Positions 8,076 to 16,909 of a stretch of 41,473 nt of DNA are shown piece after piece (position 1 is the first letter of the stretch; each line of letters begins with the position of its first letter). This stretch comes from a virus. Below the pieces are notes generated by a model. It searched no databases, was not told the origin of the DNA, and saw only the letters and a list, made by a program, of their open reading frames with translations. The translations under genes and the position numbers were made by a program. The stretch is from the IMG/VR virus record IMGVR_UViG_3300049215_000197, positions 1 to 41,473 of that record; one strand, given 5' to 3'.

Positions 8076-10381
8076 TAGTTGAAGATCCTTCCTGCGGGCT
8101 TCATATGCAAGTTAAAGCCGTGGATATAGATAGGCTGGTTCAAGTTTCCACCTGCGAAGTCAGCTGCATTCTGATAGAACCTTATAGTATGTGACTTACC
8201 TACTGCTCCTACATAGATACGCTTCCATACCTTAGTCTGCATCTGAGAGCTCATGGCATCAGTAGGAGTGAATATGATAGTAGATTCCTGGTAGAACCCT
8301 GCATAAGCTCCTGTGTTATCTATGTACATCTCATCATTAAGATAAAATTGAACCCTGAGTGTAGAAGTAGCATTTGCAGTGACTAGGATCTCAATGAATC
8401 CGAATCTACATAGCTGCCCTTGCTCAATGAATGGGTTGAAGTTCTTCGATATAGCATTCATCAATACAGGAGTGGTGTCATCGCCCATGGTGTTCCCATC
8501 ATTAAGCTGATACACTTTGTCAAATTGATCTCCTGCCAAGTCAATGCGGGAGTTCTTAGATATCTCATAGCTTCCCCAGGTATCATCAATAGAGCTCCAG
8601 GTATCATATATAGTTCCCCATGTAGGCACATTAACAACGCTACCATAACCAAGACAGCTGAAAGGAAATTGATATATTGCATAGGTATTATCCAGGTAGT
8701 TGAAGGCTAAAACATTGTCGGATGCAGTTACAACAGATTGGGATAATGGCAAGCTATTGTAACATAGCCAGCCTTCTTTAATGTCATCGAATCGTTCTCC
8801 ATAGCACTGGCCTATACTGTTCTGATTCAAGTAAGGTACGGGGATCTGCAAGGCTAGTGCATAGGGATCAGTGAAGTCAGGGATCTGGTCATCAACACGC
8901 TTCACATTGACACCATCGGAACCCACAATGGCATACTTACCTACTGTCGAGATCCAGGAGTTATAGTTAATGGTGCAATATGGAGCATCACAAGACCAGG
9001 TATTGTTAGTACTATCCCATCTGAAGGGAGATACTGTATCTTCTGTATATCGGAATACTCTCTCTGAGTTAGCGAATCTTACTACCAGGTCAGTATTGAT
9101 AAATCCTATAGCTACTATAGGCTCGCTGGTAGGTGCGGGTAATTGCTCATTATTGGTGAAGTTAAGAGGGAAGCCTGGTGTGCTCCACCATATGTAGTTA
9201 TCCTGGATGACACCATTAGCATTTACATTGATAAGAAGAAGCCTCTCTCTGTTTATGATAACATGAAGGCATGATCTGATATAGTATGTAGGCTTGCCAT
9301 TGGTGTAAGTCATTACCGCAGCTGCTGAGGAGATATTGGTATTCAAGAAGTGAACTGTAGTGCCATCATAATACATGATAGGATCTACGGAATTCGTAAA
9401 GAAGGCATAGTCTTGATAATTACATAGGGAGAAGAAATTAGAGAATGTTCCAGTAAATAGGTCTCCATATGTAATGAATTGGGAATCGAAATAATTTCCA
9501 TTTGCAGGTGCAGCACTGAATGTTATTGTATACGCACCAGTAACATAGTTCACACTTCCTGATGTAACGCTAGCACCTGTAAGGCTACCAAATCCGTTAT
9601 CTGTCACTGGGTTGCCATTTACTGTCCCTGTAGAGTTGAATTGTGTCCATTTCAATGTTCCTGGTAAGAATGGAGCACCAGCAAGAGTTCCTGAGAATAC
9701 TACAGTAGCACCATCACCAGTTATAATAGCTGATTGAAAGTAGTCATGTTGTAATTCTTCTATATTCTGAGTGATCTGAAGCTGATTACTGAGTACGGCG
9801 CTTGTGATGGGTATAACCTTGCCTACGCGCTTCTCATCGAATACTAGGACATCTCTGCCACCACTTACTTGATAATACTGCTTGATGCCCATGATAGCAG
9901 TAAGGCTAGTAGGATAGTAATCATAAGCGATATATACCACTCCATATGTTCCTCCTGGAGGAGCTGTAGGAAAAGTTAAACTATATGCTCCTGTACTTAC
10001 ATTTATTGTTCCATATAACCCGCTAGGTATCGTTCCTAAATTAATTATTGGTGCTGTGCCATCACTAGTATAGGTCATTGTATATTTTGAACTACCAAAT
10101 ACATGTTCTGCATATACAATAATATTTTCTGTGGTAGGGAGATGAGAAAGTGTTCCAGTAAATGTAGTTCTTGCCCCATCAGGTGATTGAGTTGTAGCTT
10201 CTATTGTCCTATTGCAGAAGTTAGCATATAATGAATACCCCAATATCTTCTCTAAGACTCCCCTATAAAGATGCGCATTTATCATGACTTGGAACGCATC
10301 TCTAGGTAGAAGCCATGGTTCTAAAGCTTCGTTAAATCCTGATCGGTAGTTATAGATAGGAAATACTTGATATTCTTTCAT
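8075..10381 (-). CDS. Large tail tube/nozzle protein (768 aa), at the T7 gp12 (tubular protein B) position
   Basis: Size and position downstream of a roughly 200-aa protein. Aromatic/Asn/Thr-rich, beta-type composition. Confidence 0.5.
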   Translation of the reverse strand: MKEYQVFPIYNYRSGFNEALEPWLLPRDAFQVMINAHLYRGVLEKILGYSLYANFCNRTIEATTQSPDGARTTFTGTLSHLPTTENIIVYAEHVFGSSKYTMTYTSDGTAPIINLGTIPSGLYGTINVSTGAYSLTFPTAPPGGTYGVVYIAYDYYPTSLTAIMGIKQYYQVSGGRDVLVFDEKRVGKVIPITSAVLSNQLQITQNIEELQHDYFQSAIITGDGATVVFSGTLAGAPFLPGTLKWTQFNSTGTVNGNPVTDNGFGSLTGASVTSGSVNYVTGAYTITFSAAPANGNYFDSQFITYGDLFTGTFSNFFSLCNYQDYAFFTNSVDPIMYYDGTTVHFLNTNISSAAAVMTYTNGKPTYYIRSCLHVIINRERLLLINVNANGVIQDNYIWWSTPGFPLNFTNNEQLPAPTSEPIVAIGFINTDLVVRFANSERVFRYTEDTVSPFRWDSTNNTWSCDAPYCTINYNSWISTVGKYAIVGSDGVNVKRVDDQIPDFTDPYALALQIPVPYLNQNSIGQCYGERFDDIKEGWLCYNSLPLSQSVVTASDNVLAFNYLDNTYAIYQFPFSCLGYGSVVNVPTWGTIYDTWSSIDDTWGSYEISKNSRIDLAGDQFDKVYQLNDGNTMGDDTTPVLMNAISKNFNPFIEQGQLCRFGFIEILVTANATSTLRVQFYLNDEMYIDNTGAYAGFYQESTIIFTPTDAMSSQMQTKVWKRIYVGAVGKSHTIRFYQNAADFAGGNLNQPIYIHGFNLHMKPAGRIFN

Positions 10382-10986
10382 TAAGGTGTATAATACTGAA
10401 CTAAATAGTTACAAAGGTTATCACTACTACCTCTACATTTAGCTCTTATTGCATACGATGAAGTAGTTAAGTTAATATTAACGTTATTAATATTAAGTGA
10501 ACTTACTGATCCATCAACTAGGGGAATATTTACAGATCCATTGAATGATGAAAATTGAATATATGCCCATGTGGCTGAAGTCTGAGACTGAATCCATAGA
10601 GTGCCGAATGAGTTAGCAGGAACTGTAACCACTGTGACTGTGCTTCCACTAGTCTTCTGAATTGTGACTGTACCTGATGCCATATAATTGTAAACTGGTG
10701 TAGTCTGAAGGAATAGATCGCCAAAGGTATCACTCTTAAACTTAGGTACTGAGTTAGCACTTACAGAACACACATAATATTGGCCATTGGTACTAGCAGG
10801 TAAGGCGGGATTCGCAACCTTGTTAGGCATGGAAGCCTGTAAGTGGTAACAAGATGCAGGAGCATTTGCCACATAATTATGTTCCTGACCTATGAATTGA
10901 GGAAGTAAGGTAAAGTTCGTATTTATGATAGGCTGTGATGCAGCTATAGTTTGGTTCACTTGTGGCACATTAGGTGTGTAAGTCAT
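10381..10986 (-). CDS. Tail tubular protein A-like (201 aa), called by position only
   Basis: ORF with a 1-nt overlap onto the 768-aa gene. Size matches gp11-type proteins. Confidence 0.45.
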   Translation of the reverse strand: MTYTPNVPQVNQTIAASQPIINTNFTLLPQFIGQEHNYVANAPASCYHLQASMPNKVANPALPASTNGQYYVCSVSANSVPKFKSDTFGDLFLQTTPVYNYMASGTVTIQKTSGSTVTVVTVPANSFGTLWIQSQTSATWAYIQFSSFNGSVNIPLVDGSVSSLNINNVNINLTTSSYAIRAKCRGSSDNLCNYLVQYYTP

Positions 10987-10994
10987 GAGATCTC

Positions 10995-11948
10995 CTAGAA
11001 TGTAGGAACTGAACGTTGATAAATATATTCTTCATAAGTATCCTGGATACATATGTTCTTGAACCTGTTGTACTCAGGTAAGTACTGGTCATACTGATCC
11101 ATCTGGTTAAAGAGCTTGAATCTATGCAATGCAGCACCCAAGGCAATGAGTGGCCCTAAATCAGGGCGAAATGGCACATCTGTATAATTCAGAAGGCTTT
11201 GAGGTATCTGAATCCCTTCCATAGTTATGCGGTAAACTTGGTCAGGCACAGGCCTAAGTACAAAAATATTCTGTGAAGCTAGGTCACTAGGTGTCGAGTC
11301 CAACAGAGGGCTTTGCGGGTAGTATAGGATAGCTTGAGGTCTTAGTGGCATATAAGTGTAGTTAGAACACGTAATGCTCGCATTGGCCACAGGAATCGTT
11401 TTAAATGCCAGTCCTGAGACAGTACCAGTTGTGTAGTCAATAGTACCTGCCACTGATCCTGTATTATTAAGTGGTGACACCTGAGTAAATGCACCCGCAC
11501 CATTGTCTTGTACTACTTGCGTGCCATCAGTGACGTACACACTATAAGGCAGCACAGGATAGGCTGAAATAGTGAAGCTATAAGAATTATTGGTTCCATC
11601 TGCCGTTGCCACCTGTTGCTTGTTAAGTTCTTCAGGGTAATCTTGAAAGAAGGTGTCAGGATCTATATACCAATCTATAGGCCAGCCATCAGCATAGGCT
11701 ACAGGATTCACTGTCTGGAAGCCTACAGGAGCTAAGTACTGATCTACTCCTGCCTGGCAGAAGAATTGATATTCTGAGTACCCCCAGAATATCTTAAGTT
11801 CTTTAGGTAGAACATATTGATAGAAGTAATTAATGAGATTCACACATTGCTGATCTGAGTACATGGAAGTATCAGGGATACCCGAAATGGATCGAAATTC
11901 ATCTATGATAGTTCTAAGTGTCCAAGCAATTCCTGTGAAATCTGTCAT
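10995..11948 (-). CDS. Virion structural protein (317 aa), at the head-tail adaptor position
   Basis: ORF in the late operon, coupled at 11948. Confidence 0.5.
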   Translation of the reverse strand: MTDFTGIAWTLRTIIDEFRSISGIPDTSMYSDQQCVNLINYFYQYVLPKELKIFWGYSEYQFFCQAGVDQYLAPVGFQTVNPVAYADGWPIDWYIDPDTFFQDYPEELNKQQVATADGTNNSYSFTISAYPVLPYSVYVTDGTQVVQDNGAGAFTQVSPLNNTGSVAGTIDYTTGTVSGLAFKTIPVANASITCSNYTYMPLRPQAILYYPQSPLLDSTPSDLASQNIFVLRPVPDQVYRITMEGIQIPQSLLNYTDVPFRPDLGPLIALGAALHRFKLFNQMDQYDQYLPEYNRFKNICIQDTYEEYIYQRSVPTF

Positions 11949-12337
11949 TATGCCCTCTCACATAAGAAGTGCGACTTATACCCAGCAACATATACTTGAG
12001 GTATGCCATCAGCATTTTTCCTATATTTCTCAATATTCTCTCTGCATCTTTCTAAGTTACGAATCACTTCCACTGGCAATGTGTACTTGTGTCCATCAAT
12101 GAGTGTGTACATCTTGAATGGGCATGTAGCACTAGAGAAATGAAATTCGAGTGGCTGCCCTGGATCTCTCTGATTCCTAAATACGATAGTTTCCATAGGA
12201 GATATCTCTCTTACTGCAACTACTTGATCTACCTGCATCTCTTTAGCCACTTCATCAAGTGGTAAATTAGCAGGTCCTGTAAGGTGCTCTTCTTGTAATT
12301 GCTCTATAGGCACCTTCTTTTGCTTTTTAAATACCAT
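11948..12337 (-). CDS. Hypothetical late protein (129 aa)
   Basis: ORF with GGAGAATTT-ATG SD, following an intercistronic hairpin. Confidence 0.65.
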   Translation of the reverse strand: MVFKKQKKVPIEQLQEEHLTGPANLPLDEVAKEMQVDQVVAVREISPMETIVFRNQRDPGQPLEFHFSSATCPFKMYTLIDGHKYTLPVEVIRNLERCRENIEKYRKNADGIPQVYVAGYKSHFLCERA

Positions 12338-12355
12338 AAATTCTCCGAGTTAAGA

Positions 12356-12375
12356 GGAGGGGTATTAACCCCTCC
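12356..12375 (-). promoter_or_regulatory. GC-rich intercistronic stem-loop (8 bp, loop TAAT) after the capsid/decoration genes. Possible attenuator or RNA-stability element.
   Basis: GGAGGGGT-atta-ACCCCTCC read directly. The downstream U-tract is weak, so this is not a classical terminator. Confidence 0.35.
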
Positions 12376-12383
12376 CTGTGATG

Positions 12384-13115
12384 TTACCAACCTGTAGGTG
12401 TGGAATAGAACGCTTCCCAATACATGATATTGGTGTTAGCTCCAACTACTGTGGTACCAAGTGTAATACCTTCATAACCAATGTCATACTGATTACCAGC
12501 AGGTTGACCCTGGGTAATAACTTGACCTGTTACTGGGTTAAGCACTGGTGCTGTAGGTGGATAAGAGATCTGATTAGCAATACCACCAGAAGAATAGGTA
12601 CCAAAACCTATTGTATTCACGGGGTTGCCAAAGAGATCGTACAAGCTGAATGTAGCAGTTGTACCGCCTCCAGCAGTGTAGTTACCTACAATGTATCTAT
12701 TTGTGTTGACTTGTGTCATTCCTACAACTTGAGATAGCGTTACGATCATGCCGTTAGCCAAATTCAATGTGTTGGTAGGTGCTCTTACGCTTACTGTGAC
12801 TACGCCTGGGTTGGCATTAGTGATACCAGTAATTGTATATTGTGTGCTCTGCCAGTCAGCACCTAGAATAACAGGAGTAAATCCGTTACTAGTTGCTACT
12901 GTGGTTACAGGTGCACCATTTGTATAAGTCTGAATTATTGCATAGGCTGAAGGTACAACATTGTTATACCATTGTGCAGTTCCAACAGCAGGAGTTGCAG
13001 AATCTGCCAATAATACAGAATAGTTAGTGATTTTGAATACATCAGGTACGAAACCCAATGCCAAACTCACAGCTGCTCCTGTGCTGGTAAAATATCCGTT
13101 TCTATATTGACTCAT
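12384..13115 (-). CDS. Capsid decoration-type protein (243 aa) with an FCCH-like beta domain
   Basis: Lies directly downstream of the major capsid gene. The segment ITGITNANPGVVTVS...ANGMIVTLSQVVGMTQVNTNRYIVG resembles the E1 FCCH-like domain seen in phage head proteins (recalled from memory). Confidence 0.45.
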   Translation of the reverse strand: MSQYRNGYFTSTGAAVSLALGFVPDVFKITNYSVLLADSATPAVGTAQWYNNVVPSAYAIIQTYTNGAPVTTVATSNGFTPVILGADWQSTQYTITGITNANPGVVTVSVRAPTNTLNLANGMIVTLSQVVGMTQVNTNRYIVGNYTAGGGTTATFSLYDLFGNPVNTIGFGTYSSGGIANQISYPPTAPVLNPVTGQVITQGQPAGNQYDIGYEGITLGTTVVGANTNIMYWEAFYSTPTGW

Positions 13116-13129
13116 TTATTCTACTCCTA

Positions 13130-14080
13130 TTATAGGTTTTCAGTTGAAAGAAGACGTGTGATCCAGTTATCATTAAGCAAGCGAGTTGCGAAAGGATACT
13201 TATAACCTACTGAGCCTCTTTGGTTTAAAGGATCGCTAGTTCCAGCAGAACCTAATGGTTTTACAATGAATTCCGCTTCTTTCGATCCAAGTTTTACAAC
13301 TCCATATGCTTCTTGTCCGAGGATAATAGAGTTATAAATAGGATATGAACCAGATGAGTCCGCGTATCCATTAGTAGATAGTAACCAGCGAACGTTATTA
13401 GTAGATCCCCACTCAGCTTCTAGTGCATCCATAGGATTAGGATAGTTAGCAGCTGATAAGAAGTCCGCGCAAGCTTCTAAGTCATTCTGGATATTTACAT
13501 CCATGAATCCCCAGTAACTAGATCTAACTGGACTAGTTGCAAATCTGTTTTCACCAGGAATTGGTTTAGTCATTAAGCGTGCATTGCCTAATCTAAGTGC
13601 TTTTACCGCAGTTTTAATATCTGGTGTTGTGATTTCTGTAGGAGTTTTAGAATTTGTACCATTAGTACAATAAATAGCCGAAGCTGTTGCCACCATCATA
13701 TTGCGAATTAAAGTGTCAAGAGTAAGCCCTAATTGCAATGAAAGTACACGTGTAGCTTCATTAAGAACTCTATCCTGTACAGTAAATTGAACTTGGTCAG
13801 TAATTACGACAAAGTTTCCGTACCACTTAATTTGTGTTGAGAAGTCAGTAACGGAAAGTGAATCCCCTGGAGGAGTAGTTCCATCCTGAATTGGAACAGT
13901 AGCAGCTGTAAGAGTGCTGTACCGTCTGAATATCATCTGATCGCCAGAATTAAGAGGAATAGTTCTCTTCTGTGCGAACATATCATAGATGTAGTAAGGT
14001 CTTGCTAAAGTAAGTAGAAGCCTATCGAAATAAGTTCTAACTTCTGGTGGGACCTGTGAAGTTGTTGTGATGTTAGCCAT
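13130..14080 (-). CDS. Major capsid protein, N4-gp56/HK97-fold family (316 aa)
   Basis: The N-terminal pattern YFDRLLL..ARPYYIYDMFAQKRTIPLNSGDQMIFRRY...L......DGTTP is typical of this family. It lies after the scaffold gene. Confidence 0.8.
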   Translation of the reverse strand: MANITTTSQVPPEVRTYFDRLLLTLARPYYIYDMFAQKRTIPLNSGDQMIFRRYSTLTAATVPIQDGTTPPGDSLSVTDFSTQIKWYGNFVVITDQVQFTVQDRVLNEATRVLSLQLGLTLDTLIRNMMVATASAIYCTNGTNSKTPTEITTPDIKTAVKALRLGNARLMTKPIPGENRFATSPVRSSYWGFMDVNIQNDLEACADFLSAANYPNPMDALEAEWGSTNNVRWLLSTNGYADSSGSYPIYNSIILGQEAYGVVKLGSKEAEFIVKPLGSAGTSDPLNQRGSVGYKYPFATRLLNDNWITRLLSTENL

Positions 14081-14093
14081 ATCAACCTGTTAG

Positions 14094-14870
14094 TTAGATA
14101 TTCGCTAAGTTCTTCGCAGCTATCTTCATGAAATCTTGATCTGACATGTTAGCGTAGTAATCAGCGGAACTAAGTTGTCCCTGACCTCCTACACTAGCAA
14201 GAGTTTGAGGCTTATGAGCATTATTCAATGCGCGCTGGCCATTCCCATTCTCATGGGGGAAATTAGCTGGTGCAGGTTGCATTGTAGCCTTGCTGTTAAG
14301 CTCAGCTAGTAGATAAGCTGCCTCATAAGGATTAGAAGCATTCTGGATCATCTCAGCGAAGATCGGGTTTTGTGATGTTAATTGCGGTACGTGCTGAGTC
14401 ACCATCTTGTTCCAGTCTTGCCTCACTGCTTTTGTCTCAACTGCTGCAAGGGCATCTTTGAATTCAGAGCGAATCCTTGTATTCTCTTGCTGTACTTGCT
14501 CAAAAGCTTTACGCACATCCCTAGGATCTTCCCAATCTAATGCTGCATAGGCATCTTCTTGCTTGATCTGAGGAGCTTGCTGAGGTGCTGGTTGGATCTG
14601 CAAAGCATTGCGATTTAGAGCCTCTGCCTGGCCCTTCCAATATTCTCGCTCTTCTTTAAACTTTGCTGCCTCTTCACGTAATGCCCGAAAGTTAAGTTCC
14701 TTATCGGACAATTTCCCCTGATCGGCGACATCGGAGCTTTGAGTTACGCCCGTATCTAACGGATCACCGACGAGTTGATCCACATTTACGTCATTGTATG
14801 AGTTATACTGCATTGGTTGCGACTCAGGGAATAACTCGGACCCTGGCCGTGACATATCTATTTCTTCCAT
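14094..14870 (-). CDS. Scaffolding protein (258 aa)
   Basis: Acidic, Gln/Ala-rich helical ORF between the portal region and the capsid gene. Confidence 0.65.
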   Translation of the reverse strand: MEEIDMSRPGSELFPESQPMQYNSYNDVNVDQLVGDPLDTGVTQSSDVADQGKLSDKELNFRALREEAAKFKEEREYWKGQAEALNRNALQIQPAPQQAPQIKQEDAYAALDWEDPRDVRKAFEQVQQENTRIRSEFKDALAAVETKAVRQDWNKMVTQHVPQLTSQNPIFAEMIQNASNPYEAAYLLAELNSKATMQPAPANFPHENGNGQRALNNAHKPQTLASVGGQGQLSSADYYANMSDQDFMKIAAKNLANI

Positions 14871-14916
14871 AATTTCTCTGGTGATGTACTCGGCGACAGT
14901 ACAGGTTACGCCCGTG

Positions 14917-15339
14917 CTAAGCTAATAGGATAGATCCTGACTTAGCTGCTGCTTTTCCTATAGATTCAGTGACATCTCTAGCATTTGTACTTAATTCCGC
15001 GTCACTGAGTGGCACGTCATAAGGCAAGCATAGATCCGTCTCTACTGATAGGATACGTTCAGCATGTGACCATTTAAATACTAGGACACCTACCATAGCT
15101 GCTGGGGGCCTCTTAGCTATGACCTCCCATCCTGCAACTACTGCGTGGTTGTGCTTTGTGTGAGGCTTAGCTGCATAGCATATCCAGAAGTCACGTCTCA
15201 GTGTCTTAGAATATATCTCTGCAAGCCTCTGGGCATCTGTCCAGCAATCACTAGCCATGGGTTCCCTAGTCTCACCCATCTCTTGTTGACCACTGTTTCT
15301 CCTCTCACCTATACATGTGGTAAGGAGATCTAAGCCCAT
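14917..15339 (-). CDS. Hypothetical protein (up to 140 aa; start uncertain, with alternative ATGs at 15279 and 15258)
   Basis: ORF in the late operon that overlaps the upstream stop. Confidence 0.6.
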   Translation of the reverse strand: MGLDLLTTCIGERRNSGQQEMGETREPMASDCWTDAQRLAEIYSKTLRRDFWICYAAKPHTKHNHAVVAGWEVIAKRPPAAMVGVLVFKWSHAERILSVETDLCLPYDVPLSDAELSTNARDVTESIGKAAAKSGSILLA

Positions 15340-15575
15340 TGATATTGCCTAAATTGAGAATGTGCCATGCCGAAGTCTTTGTCATTGCCTCTTTTACCAG
15401 CAAGTCCATAAGCTTCATCCATTGCTTCATTCTTCATCTCATAGACACCTGACTTCCAATCCATAGCTACACCTTCTGGAGTAGTCTCTGATTGATGACT
15501 AACCATAGGCTGCCTTTCATTGTCATGTTCCATGCTTTCGAATCCGCCTTGACGGCCACTAGGATTCTCTTTCAT
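15330..15575 (-). CDS. Small low-complexity protein (81 aa)
   Basis: ATG preceded by GGGAGGGG SD. TAATG overlap with the upstream micro-ORF. Confidence 0.6.
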   Translation of the reverse strand: MKENPSGRQGGFESMEHDNERQPMVSHQSETTPEGVAMDWKSGVYEMKNEAMDEAYGLAGKRGNDKDFGMAHSQFRQYQWA

Positions 15576-15700
15576 TATCCCCTCCCTTTGGGTTTCTGTA
15601 CGCTCTTGTACTTCTTCTTTATAGAGCTAGGTGAATTAGCTCTGTCAGCCTTCTTGATCGCTGACCTTGCCTTAGTTAAGGCACTCGTCTTCTTTTCCAT
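15575..15700 (-). CDS. Very basic micro-protein (41 aa: MEKKTSALTKARSAIKKADRANSPSSIKKKYKSVQKPKGRG)
   Basis: Hand-translated. Below the ORF-track cutoff. Its stop overlaps the next ATG (TAATG). Confidence 0.4.
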   Translation of the reverse strand: MEKKTSALTKARSAIKKADRANSPSSIKKKYKSVQKPKGRG

Positions 15701-15771
15701 TTGTACCTTTCTCAGTTTTGCCAGGCTGGTACTGAGTTACCTTTAAAGGATACCCACCCTTGGTGAATATC

Positions 15772-16101
15772 TTATCCGTATCCTCTTCCTTCTGTACCAA
15801 ACTTTGCACTTGGAAGTAACGTGTTCTGCAATTCTCTAGGATTCTCATACACAGCTTTGCCAGGTTGTATACCTTGCCATTTCTCCCAGTACTCATGTTG
15901 AGCTCTCTCTTTAGCTATGGCTTTATCTATTTCTGTAGAGTGCCGTGATCCACTCTGGTGTGATTCCGTATCTTCTTGCCTGCTCTTCCCCTGAAGCTGT
16001 TCCTGTGCCCATACTCCTGGAAGAGGATGGAACTTGGGGTTGTACGAGTTCTCCTGACCTGGCTGAGGCTTCAATGTATTCAGCGGTGCATTGCCCTTCA
16101 T
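15772..16101 (-). CDS. Small Gln/Glu/His-rich protein (109 aa)
   Basis: ATGA overlap with the upstream ORF. Confidence 0.6.
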   Translation of the reverse strand: MKGNAPLNTLKPQPGQENSYNPKFHPLPGVWAQEQLQGKSRQEDTESHQSGSRHSTEIDKAIAKERAQHEYWEKWQGIQPGKAVYENPRELQNTLLPSAKFGTEGRGYG

Positions 16102-16340
16102 GTATGATTTCCTCTTGTCCCAGCTGCGAGTGGTGCACTTCCATCGTTGTGTCCGTGTGCATAGTTATAAGCCTGTTGGTGCTGCTTCTGCTCGTTGTGC
16201 ATCATAAATTGCATGTCACTCATTACATCGCCCTGTGAGCCTTGCTTTAAAGCTGGTGGCATACCTGGTAGCCTGCCTTTCTTTACAGGTCCTACTACTG
16301 CTTGGTAGCCACCCTCACCTTGGTAGAGATTAGCTGTCAT
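16098..16340 (-). CDS. Small Gln/His/Met-rich protein (80 aa)
   Basis: ORF in the portal-scaffold interval, with coupled stops and starts. Confidence 0.6.
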   Translation of the reverse strand: MTANLYQGEGGYQAVVGPVKKGRLPGMPPALKQGSQGDVMSDMQFMMHNEQKQHQQAYNYAHGHNDGSAPLAAGTRGNHT

Positions 16341-16446
16341 AAGTACTCTCGCTAGTCATTGTCTCGTAGATCACATAGATATCTTCTACATCAGGTTCAG
16401 TATCAAAGCCACAGTACGTAACTTCAATATTGGCTACCTCCATCAT
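16330..16446 (-). CDS. Acidic micro-protein (38 aa: MMEVANIEVTYCGFDTEPDVEDIYVIYETMTSESTYDS)
   Basis: Hand-translated. ATGA overlap with the upstream ORF. It fills an otherwise unexplained 100-nt gap. Confidence 0.4.
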   Translation of the reverse strand: MMEVANIEVTYCGFDTEPDVEDIYVIYETMTSESTYDS

Positions 16447-16634
16447 GGTGTAGATCCGAAGTGAATACCTTCCATGTAGCTCATATGGATATCAGGCTCA
16501 ATCATGTCATATTTATAAGTACTTCTTCCGCAGTTGACCTCATATTCAAGCATTTCCCTTGAGTGGGGTTGCCTACCATTTAGATCAAGCTGTGTTGCCC
16601 AGCTAGGCTCTAGCTCTTCATATATCCCGTACAT
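16443..16634 (-). CDS. Small protein (63 aa)
   Basis: ORF two nt downstream of the previous stop. Confidence 0.55.
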   Translation of the reverse strand: MYGIYEELEPSWATQLDLNGRQPHSREMLEYEVNCGRSTYKYDMIEPDIHMSYMEGIHFGSTP

Positions 16635-16636
16635 CT

Positions 16637-16909
16637 CTACCTCTCATGTCCATACTGTGTATTGTAATCTCTACTCATATGCCGTATGATATGAGCCTTG
16701 ACTTGCTCTTTAGCTTGCTTGTGTCTCATCTGCTCGTGTTCCATATGCTCTTTCATTGGTCCACCTGCGTTATAATTCGCCTGTACTCTTCTATGATATG
16801 GCAGAGCTTCATCTGCGGTCCTAGCCTGGTTATAATGCTGTAGATCCTTGCCAGCTTGTCGCATGTCATCTTGTCCCGCACCTACCTGTCCCCAGCCATC
16901 ATTATTCAT
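16637..16909 (-). CDS. Small His/Met/Gln-rich protein (90 aa)
   Basis: 1-nt overlap with the portal stop. Confidence 0.6.
   Translation of the reverse strand: MNNDGWGQVGAGQDDMRQAGKDLQHYNQARTADEALPYHRRVQANYNAGGPMKEHMEHEQMRHKQAKEQVKAHIIRHMSRDYNTQYGHER

Noticed and set aside
15923-16162. 79-aa minus-strand ORF overlapping 16098..16340 and 15772..16101
   Set aside because: It is fully nested in two ORFs that are joined by an ATGA overlap. It has no independent SD and is treated as an alternative-frame artefact. ORF 15672..15896 is kept only as a frameshift question in the findings.
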